A stretch of DNA of 64,000 nt from Thermoanaerobaculia bacterium (GTDB lineage: Bacteria; Acidobacteriota; Thermoanaerobaculia; Multivoradales; Multivoraceae): the NCBI GenBank assembly GCA_963664405.1, contig OY761158.1:4000001-4064000 (forward strand). Reading direction: 5' to 3'. Position numbers and translations under genes: made by a program. The notes under the pieces are model-generated. The model did not search any database. It was not told the origin of the DNA and was given only the letters and a program-made list of their open reading frames with translations. Shown here in pieces: positions 57,111 to 64,000 of the stretch (positions within the stretch are counted from its first letter, which is position 1; each line of letters starts with the position of its first letter).

Positions 57111-59090
57111 CTAGGCGGCCGGCGCTGGGCGGAGGGTCGCTGCCGCTGCGATTGTTCGCGGAGGAAGGACACAGAGAAGAGTGCCGACGACCATGATCGA
57201 GACGCCTATCCAGATCCAGACCACCGCCGGTGTGACGATCGCTCGCAGGCCGATAGTCCCGTCGGTTCCGACGTTCATCAGCGTCAGATAAAGATCGTGG
57301 GTCGCGCTGGTTTTCACCGCCGGTGTCGCCAGCGGCTGCATCTGGGTTGGGTAAGTGTTGATGGCGGGCTCCAGGAGGCCTCTCTCGCGATCGCCCTTGA
57401 GCACGCGTATGGTCGCTCGCTGCTGGAAGAGGTGAGGCTGCTGCTCCCCTTCGGCTCCTTCGAAAACGAGCTTGTAATCGCCCACGCTAAGGGCCTCACC
57501 GGGTGCAAGAGTGGCTTCCTTCTCTACCTGGAACGACGACGACACGGCGATAGCCACGAAAGTCATGATCACACCGAAGTGAACGATGTAGGCGCCTGCG
57601 CGGCGCGGGGAGCGCAGCAGCGACATCTTCAGCGCTTGCGGTGACGATTCCCCTTTCTTGGCCCTCTGTCGCGCCGGCCGTAGCCCCTGGTCCAGGGTCA
57701 CCCACAGTGCGTATCCGGCGAAGGCGGCAGTTGCGAGCAGTCCCCCGGCGCGGGCGCCGAGCAAGAGCGCAAGCCCGACGCCGACCGCCGCCGCCGGCAG
57801 TGGACGCAGCAGCGCCCTTCTGGCGAGACGGGAGTCGCCGCGACCCCAGGGGAGGGCCGGGCCGACACCCATCAGGAGGAGCAAGGAGAGGAAGATGGGT
57901 ATTGCCATTCGGTTGAAGTAGGGCTCACCCACGCTCACCTTCACGCCTCGAACGGACTCAGCGAAGATAGGGAAAACGGTGCCGATCAGGACGGTGAACA
58001 TCAAAGCAACGAAGAGAAGATTATTGAGGAGGAAGGCTCCTTCCCGGGCGAGCAGACGGTCGCGTCCGGGCTCGCCGACCAGGGTATCGATGCGCAAGGT
58101 CAAAAGAGCAATGACGAAGACGAGAAGGCAGCCGAGAAATACGAGAAAAGCGGGTCCGATTGGGCTCTGGGTGAAGGAGTGGACCGAGTTGACGACTCCG
58201 GAACGGGTCAAGAAGGTGCCGAGGATGGTGAGTATGAAGCTCATCAGAACGAGCACAACGGTCCATGCCTTGAGCGTTCCGCGTCGCTGAAGAACGATGG
58301 CCGAGTGGAGTGCTGCGATCGCCGTGAGCCACGGCAGGAAGGATGCATTCTCGACGGGGTCCCAGGCCCAGTAGCCTCCCCAGCCGAGAACTTCGTAGGA
58401 CCACCATCCGCCCAGCATGACACCTGCCGAAAGAAAGGCTGTTGGGATCAGGAGCCAGTTGCGAAGCGGCACTAGCCAGGTCGGTCCGAGTTGACCACGC
58501 AGCAGCGCTGCAACCGCCATCGCAAAGGGCACGGTCATTCCCACGTAGCCTAGATAGAGCATGGGCGGATGAATGATCATCAAGAGGTGGTTCTGGAGCA
58601 GGGGGTTGGGCCCCGGACCGTCCAAGGGGATTTGCCCAATGGTGGGAGCGAAGGGGTTGGCGGGCCCGGCGATGAGGAAGGTGAAGAAAGCCCCCACCGC
58701 CAGCATGGTGGCTAGGGTGTAGGCCAGATAGTCTTCGTGGCCGCGCCGCTGCAGCACGCTGACGCCGATCGTGTAGAGCCCGAGGATGAGACCCCAGAAG
58801 AGGATGGATCCTTCCAAGGAGGACCACAGGGAGACGATGGTGATGACCGTCGGAGTGCTCCGAGAACCTACATTGGCGACGTAGGAGACGGAGAAGTCGT
58901 GGCGGAGCAAAGCGACTTCCATCACCAAATTGGCGAGGATCATCGAAGCCGCGAAGGCCAGGCTCAGTCGCCGTGTCCAGCGTAATCCGACCTCGGACCG
59001 TTGGGCGCCGGCGACAAAGCCGATGGGTGAGCCCACGGCACACAGGAGAAGAGCCAGGAGCACCAGCCCCTGCCCCAAGTAGGAGATCAT
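57111..59090 (-). CDS. ccmF: Heme lyase CcmF
   Basis: HPPMLYLGY, WSYEVLGWGGYWAWDPVENAS and SVHSF. Confidence 0.96.
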   Translation of the reverse strand: MISYLGQGLVLLALLLCAVGSPIGFVAGAQRSEVGLRWTRRLSLAFAASMILANLVMEVALLRHDFSVSYVANVGSRSTPTVITIVSLWSSLEGSILFWGLILGLYTIGVSVLQRRGHEDYLAYTLATMLAVGAFFTFLIAGPANPFAPTIGQIPLDGPGPNPLLQNHLLMIIHPPMLYLGYVGMTVPFAMAVAALLRGQLGPTWLVPLRNWLLIPTAFLSAGVMLGGWWSYEVLGWGGYWAWDPVENASFLPWLTAIAALHSAIVLQRRGTLKAWTVVLVLMSFILTILGTFLTRSGVVNSVHSFTQSPIGPAFLVFLGCLLVFVIALLTLRIDTLVGEPGRDRLLAREGAFLLNNLLFVALMFTVLIGTVFPIFAESVRGVKVSVGEPYFNRMAIPIFLSLLLLMGVGPALPWGRGDSRLARRALLRPLPAAAVGVGLALLLGARAGGLLATAAFAGYALWVTLDQGLRPARQRAKKGESSPQALKMSLLRSPRRAGAYIVHFGVIMTFVAIAVSSSFQVEKEATLAPGEALSVGDYKLVFEGAEGEQQPHLFQQRATIRVLKGDRERGLLEPAINTYPTQMQPLATPAVKTSATHDLYLTLMNVGTDGTIGLRAIVTPAVVWIWIGVSIMVVGTLLCVLPPRTIAAAATLRPAPAA

Positions 59091-59569
59091 CTTCCGGTAG
59101 CCTCGAACTGCAGGCTCTTCATGAGCTCACGCATGTCCTTCGGCTCGTCCTCGCCTGGCGCTTGGTATTCGTTGTCGTGCTTGACCATGAGGCGCTGTGA
59201 GTGAAAGACACCGTCGGCTCCGGCCGTACCTTCGATCACCACGCCGATGCCGGCTCGGAACATCGCCGGCGGAACTGTGCTTGCGTGCACTGGCACCTGG
59301 ATCTCACCATCCGTAACCTCGAAGCTGAGCTCGAGGCCGTCCATGCCGCGCTCGATAGACCCCGGCACCACGAGCCCGCCGAGGCGGATTGTTGCCCCAA
59401 TAGCCTCGTCCCCGGCCTCACGAAGCTCGGAGGGGCTCCAGTAGTACACCAGGTTGCCGCCGATGTTCCCGTAGGCGACCAAGCCCAGAATCACCACCAC
59501 GACAGCGATGGCAGCCGCCGTAAACATCCGCCGCTTGGCAAGGTCGCTACTCGGTGCGCTCGTCATCAT
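59087..59569 (-). CDS. ccmE: Heme chaperone CcmE
   Basis: IRLGGLVVPGS and KHDNEY (HxxxY). Confidence 0.93.
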   Translation of the reverse strand: MMTSAPSSDLAKRRMFTAAAIAVVVVILGLVAYGNIGGNLVYYWSPSELREAGDEAIGATIRLGGLVVPGSIERGMDGLELSFEVTDGEIQVPVHASTVPPAMFRAGIGVVIEGTAGADGVFHSQRLMVKHDNEYQAPGEDEPKDMRELMKSLQFEATGR

Positions 59570-59696
59570 TTTTGTCTTCTGCCTTCTTCAGGCGCGATCG
59601 TAGGCTCCATGCATAGAGTAGGAACATCGCGCTGGTGATCGCATAGGCGGCTATCACGAAGTTCCAACCGCCAACTATAACGCCTTCTGGGGCCAT
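59547..59696 (-). CDS. ccmD: Heme exporter protein CcmD (49 aa, not in the ORF track)
   Basis: MAPEGVIVGGWNFVIAAYAITSAMFLLYAWSLRSRLKK... has a single TM with the AY motif and a charged tail. Lies between ccmC and ccmE. Confidence 0.75.
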   Translation of the reverse strand: MAPEGVIVGGWNFVIAAYAITSAMFLLYAWSLRSRLKKAEDKNDDERTE

Positions 59697-60395
59697 TTAG
59701 GTTCCCTCCTGCATGGCGAGGAGTGGAGGCTCCGCTACGTCAATCGCCGTGCGGCGCCGCCTCTCTACGGCGGCCCGGGCGGCGATGAACCAGACGCTGA
59801 GGAAGAGGACCGCAAAGGCGTTGATGCGCATCGGTAGAGCCATACTCGAGGCGACGGTCTCTGGAGTCGATTGGATCTGATGAAGGCTGCGCCACCAGCG
59901 CACACAGAAATAGACCAAAGGTACATCGACCCAGGCCACGATGGTAGCGATGGCGGTCCAGGTCGCTCGCCGGGTCGGATCGTCGGAGAAAGAGCGCAAC
60001 GCCAAGACCCCGGCGAAGAGGAGGAGCATGACGAACGAAAAGATGAGGCGCACATCGCCCCAGGTCCACCAGATTCCCCAGGTTGGTTTCGCCCAGAGCA
60101 TGCCAAGCCCTAGCAGGAGGCTATTGAGCATGACTCCAGTCTCGACCGCCCCGATCGTGTAGTTGTCCCAACGCGAGCGACCGGTCCAAAGCGAGGCGAC
60201 GGCGAAGACGAAGGCGGCGCAGAAGCAGACCAGCGAGTTCCAGGCGGCGGGAACATGGACGTAGAGCATGCGCTGCACGTCTCCCATATGCTTTTCGGCC
60301 GGAGCCACGAAGAGGCCGATATAGCTACCGACGATGAAGAGCACCGCGCCGGCGAGACCGGCCGCAGTAGCCACACGGGGTATACCCTTCATCAC
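59697..60395 (-). CDS. ccmC: Heme exporter CcmC
   Basis: YVHVP, WAKPTWGIWWTWGDVRL (WWD domain) and WWRSLHQ. Confidence 0.93.
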   Translation of the reverse strand: MMKGIPRVATAAGLAGAVLFIVGSYIGLFVAPAEKHMGDVQRMLYVHVPAAWNSLVCFCAAFVFAVASLWTGRSRWDNYTIGAVETGVMLNSLLLGLGMLWAKPTWGIWWTWGDVRLIFSFVMLLLFAGVLALRSFSDDPTRRATWTAIATIVAWVDVPLVYFCVRWWRSLHQIQSTPETVASSMALPMRINAFAVLFLSVWFIAARAAVERRRRTAIDVAEPPLLAMQEGT

Positions 60396-61076
60396 CTACT
60401 CCTCGATTGCGTATGGAAAGAGGACACCGCACAGGCACCAGTAGATTGCCGCGAACGCGGCAAGTAAAGTCGTCCAAGAGCCGAGTTGGCCCATCGGGTC
60501 GCCGCTGAGGATGAGGTCGATGGCCTTGACCGAGGCGAGGAGCACTGGAATAACCAGAGGGTAGTGAACGAGTGGGAGTAGTACATCCTGGCTGCGCACT
60601 TGAGAAGTCATGGCCGCGTAGAGGGTGCCGGGGGCTGCCAGTCCGGCCGCCGCCAGCGTCCAAAGGAGCACAAACTTTGCGAGTGCTCCTGGGCTGAGAT
60701 CCACAGCATAGAACACCACGGAGGCGACAGCCAGCACGGGTCCGAGGAGCGCCAGGAAGAGGGTGTTTCCGATCGCCTTCCCGTAGAAGAGGGCAACCGG
60801 TGAGACCGGCAGCAAGAGCAGGCCTTCCATTGCGCGGTCTTGGTTCTCCACCCGAAAGCTTTCGGTCAGAGCGAGCGTCGAGCTGAGTAAGAGAGCGAGA
60901 ACGAGAAAGCCGGCGGCGGTGGTCCGAAGCACGGTACTGTCGGCGCCGGCGGCGAACGAGAAGAGAGTCAGAGCGACGATGCCGAAGAGGAACACCGCGA
61001 GCATTCGCGCGCGACCCCGCCACTCGAGCAGGAGATCTTTGGCGAGGACAGCGAGAATCTCTTCCAGGATCCTCAT
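60396..61076 (-). CDS. ccmB: Heme exporter permease CcmB
   Basis: KDLLLEWR, FRVENQDRAMEGLLL and LLPLVHYPLVIP. Confidence 0.9.
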   Translation of the reverse strand: MRILEEILAVLAKDLLLEWRGRARMLAVFLFGIVALTLFSFAAGADSTVLRTTAAGFLVLALLLSSTLALTESFRVENQDRAMEGLLLLPVSPVALFYGKAIGNTLFLALLGPVLAVASVVFYAVDLSPGALAKFVLLWTLAAAGLAAPGTLYAAMTSQVRSQDVLLPLVHYPLVIPVLLASVKAIDLILSGDPMGQLGSWTTLLAAFAAIYWCLCGVLFPYAIEE

Positions 61077-61771
61077 TGGGAGCTCTCGATTACGGCCGGT
61101 AAGTCCGCGGCCTCGCCGTTCCAGAGGCGTTGGCCGCTGGTGAGGAGGACGGCCCGGCGGCACAACGACGCCGCGCGCTCGATCTGGTGCGAAGCGAGGA
61201 CTACCGTGACTCCTTTGGCGCGGCTCTGCCGGATCCAGTTCTCGATCAGCGCCTGGCCGTCGACGTCCAGGGCAGCGAAGGGCTCGTCGAGGAGCAGTAG
61301 ATCAGGCTCTTCGAGTCGACTACGGGCGAGGGACAGCCGCTTGCGCATGCCGGCCGAGAAAGCCGAGACGACGCTGTTGCCACGGGCGCCCAGACCCGCC
61401 TCTTCGAGAAGAGAGGCGAGGCGGGAGTCGTCTGCCCCGTTGCGGAGGATCTTGGCCCACAGCCGCATAGACTCCTTGGCGGTGAGCTGGTCGTAGAGGA
61501 AGCTGTTGTGGGAGACGAGAGAAAGCCGACGACGGCACGCCATCCGCGCCCTTCCGGGATCGTGCCCGAGTACTTCGAGACTTCCAGTCGTCGGTTTCAG
61601 GATACCGGCGATAAGCTGGAGCAGAGTCGTCTTGCCGCAGCCGTTGGGTCCGGCGATGAGAAGCGAGTCGCCGTTGGCGACAGCGAGATCGAGATGAGCG
61701 AGGGCCCATTGTCTACCGAATCGGCGACCCAGGCGCTTGGCCTCGATCGCCAGTCCTTCGCTAGCGGCCAT
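61073..61771 (-). CDS. ccmA: Heme ABC exporter ATPase CcmA
   Basis: GPNGCGKT, FSAGMRKR and LLLDEP. Confidence 0.9.
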   Translation of the reverse strand: MAASEGLAIEAKRLGRRFGRQWALAHLDLAVANGDSLLIAGPNGCGKTTLLQLIAGILKPTTGSLEVLGHDPGRARMACRRRLSLVSHNSFLYDQLTAKESMRLWAKILRNGADDSRLASLLEEAGLGARGNSVVSAFSAGMRKRLSLARSRLEEPDLLLLDEPFAALDVDGQALIENWIRQSRAKGVTVVLASHQIERAASLCRRAVLLTSGQRLWNGEAADLPAVIESSQ

Positions 61772-61803
61772 GACGTTGGGGCAAGTTAGCACAGAGGCCC
61801 TCG

Positions 61804-63933
61804 ATGCCCAAGATCAGCTCATGTTTTGGTGACACGCCGAGGCGCCGTTGTCGTCCTTCGTCGGCTCCCCAGCGTCCCTCGCCTTGCTCAGCCGCTAAAC
61901 GCTCGGTTGGCTTCATCGTCACAACCCTCTTGGTACTGGCGGGCTGCACTCTGTCTCGGGCGCCGGACCTGAGCGGTGGCGAAGCCGCTCCGGATCCGGA
62001 CCTGACGGTGCCCAATTTCACCGAGATGGCTCTGCTTCTACTCCTCGCTGATCGACTGACCTACGAGCCCTTCTCCCTCGATCGAGCAGCAGCGGGGGGT
62101 CCAGAGGCTCGGCGCTTACTCGCCGATACGCTAGCGCGACTGGGCGACCCGCGAGCGGTCCCGCTCCTCGAAGCCCTTCTGCTCGACGAGGATGCCGAGG
62201 TTCGGCGTCGAGCCGTTTTCGCCCTCGGGAGGGTTGACGGCGACGCTGCCGCCCTCCTCCTCCTTCGGCAGCAGGCACTAGGGGAGAGTAGCGCCCGGGC
62301 AACGTTGGCCGTACAAGGACTAGCGATACAGGGCCTCGATGCCGCCGCCGTCGAGTCGGCGCTGCGCGGGCTCCCGGCGCAAGAGCTTTGGGTGCGACTG
62401 TTGCCCGATCTTCATCTTTTCCCCGCCGATCGGACTCGAGAGCTGCTTGCGATCGGGGGTCTTGCCGCCGAAGAAGGCTGGCTGCGGCGCCGTGCGGCCT
62501 TTGTTCTGGGTCGGACCGCGCAGCCTCGGCATCGGCAGATCCTGTTATCTCTTCTCGACGATGAGGATCCAGGAGTAAGAGTCCTGGCGACGGCGGCCCT
62601 GAGTGAGGTCGGCATCGCCTCCGATCTCGATCGTCTGCTGCAGCTCTGTGCTGAGAGTGACACTTCGCTGGTAGCCGAGTCTCTACGCACTGCGGCGCGA
62701 ATCATCCGCTCGGGCCGGGCCGCTGCGCCTCCAAGCTGGAGAGCTCTTCTCCTCCAACTGTTGGAGGATCCGCGCCCCGCCGTGGGTGTTGCAGCCCTCG
62801 AGGCGGCCTCCGCCTGGCTGCTCGACGATGAGATCGGGGCCGAGCTCGCTCGGTTGGCCGTTTCGGGGAGTGTGCTCGAGCGCCGTCTTGCTTTACGAGG
62901 GCTCGCCCGTGCGCGGGACCCTCGTGCTGCCGATCTCATGGTGGCGGCTTTCAAGAGTGGTGATCCGGACCTCCGAGCAGAAGCCGCCCGGGCAGCGGGC
63001 GCTCTGGGAGGCGAAGAGATCCTTGTGCGCTTGGTAGGGGACGAGGCTGCTTCGGTTCGGCAGGCTGCATTTCTCGCTCGGCTCGCATCGGGGGGGCCAC
63101 GACAGCCCATCCTCTCCGCGTTCCTTGCGGATGCTGACGCCGGGGTTCGGGCTGCCGCTCTCCGCGAGCTTGTTTCGACGCCGGTACTTCCTTACGAGGA
63201 AATCGTTCATGCGGTCGTCAGAATGGACCCCCAGGTTCCAGCGCCTCTGCTGGAGGGGGTTGGCGCTCTCGAGGCTCGAGCTCTGGCGGCGATCTCTGAG
63301 CGAGGCGCCATCGTCGGAGCGCTCGAGACTCTCGCGCAGGTTTCAACCCATCCGACTCGTGTTGCCGCAGCGACGGTCCTCGCCGAGCTTGGGCGAGCGC
63401 AGCCGCCCCCCGGGCCCGCGACGACGGCGCGGTCGCCGGGTGACTACCGAAGTATCCTCACTCGAACGCGTGCGGTGCGCTGGCTCAAGATGGAGACAGA
63501 GCGCGGCGATGTTGTCTTCAAGGTCGACTGTCCTGACGTTCCCTTGAGCTGCCTGAGCTTTATGCAGCTGGCGAATCAGGGCTTCTTCGACGGTACACGC
63601 TTTCATCACGCTGTTCCTGGACGACTCCTCGAGGGCGGAGATCCGAGAGGAGACGGCTGGGGGGGGCCTGGCTTCACTCTTCGCGACGAGATCGGCGCCC
63701 ACCGGCTGGCCAGTGGCTCTCTGATTCTGGCCAAGTCCGCGCCGCACTCGAGTGGCAGTCGCTTTCTCATTCTTCTCGCCGACGCTCCCGCTCTCGAGGT
63801 CACTCATACTCGGCTCGGCGAAGCGGTGAGCGGCGCCGCGCTGCTCACCGACCTGATCGAGGACGATCTGATACTTCGGCTGCGAGAGACAGGCGAGCCT
63901 GGCCGTCCTCGGGCGGCGCACGATCGGCCCTAG
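61804..63933 (+). CDS. HEAT-repeat lipoprotein with C-terminal cyclophilin-type PPIase domain (start uncertain)
   Basis: LAGC lipobox, repeated D.D..VR..A..AL HEAT motifs, and GFFDGTRFH...GGDPRGDGWGGPGFTLRDE. Confidence 0.85.
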   Translation: MPKISSCFGDTPRRRCRPSSAPQRPSPCSAAKRSVGFIVTTLLVLAGCTLSRAPDLSGGEAAPDPDLTVPNFTEMALLLLLADRLTYEPFSLDRAAAGGPEARRLLADTLARLGDPRAVPLLEALLLDEDAEVRRRAVFALGRVDGDAAALLLLRQQALGESSARATLAVQGLAIQGLDAAAVESALRGLPAQELWVRLLPDLHLFPADRTRELLAIGGLAAEEGWLRRRAAFVLGRTAQPRHRQILLSLLDDEDPGVRVLATAALSEVGIASDLDRLLQLCAESDTSLVAESLRTAARIIRSGRAAAPPSWRALLLQLLEDPRPAVGVAALEAASAWLLDDEIGAELARLAVSGSVLERRLALRGLARARDPRAADLMVAAFKSGDPDLRAEAARAAGALGGEEILVRLVGDEAASVRQAAFLARLASGGPRQPILSAFLADADAGVRAAALRELVSTPVLPYEEIVHAVVRMDPQVPAPLLEGVGALEARALAAISERGAIVGALETLAQVSTHPTRVAAATVLAELGRAQPPPGPATTARSPGDYRSILTRTRAVRWLKMETERGDVVFKVDCPDVPLSCLSFMQLANQGFFDGTRFHHAVPGRLLEGGDPRGDGWGGPGFTLRDEIGAHRLASGSLILAKSAPHSSGSRFLILLADAPALEVTHTRLGEAVSGAALLTDLIEDDLILRLRETGEPGRPRAAHDRP

Positions 63934-64000
63934 GGTAGACTCGACTCGGCTCCGTAATGATGATGCAGAATCTTGCATGGACCCTCCAGGTACTGGCGTT

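Overview
GC-rich bacterial chromosomal segment, most likely Acidobacteriota (Thermoanaerobaculia-like; inferred from gene content and order, not verified). The first ~4.8 kb is a decayed mosaic: beta-propeller lipoprotein, TonB-receptor fragment, SnoaL-like protein, PilZ, truncated Ser/Thr kinase, acyltransferase and epimerase remnants. The rest is mostly core genes: moeA, xdhC-like, pilT-pilC-pilS-pilR, tmk-holB-dsbA-iodotyrosine-deiodinase-like, MMPL, manC, trmB, folK, lolA-tgt-yajC-secD-secF-rel, pilMNOPQ plus three lipoproteins, accBC, a ThiE-AroK fusion, a complete ccmABCDEFGHI operon and a HEAT/cyclophilin protein. The type IV pilus carries three lesions: a pilC frameshift, and pilQ split by a ~480-bp non-coding element and by a 3390-bp four-gene IS21-family element. 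The most unusual signal is five ~166-178-bp elements with CTAG-type ends, in three unrelated end-families. They share one conserved internal hairpin core, their arm mismatches are G-T wobbles on the core strand, and that strand is antisense to the neighbouring mRNA. No rRNA, tRNA or CRISPR array was recognised.
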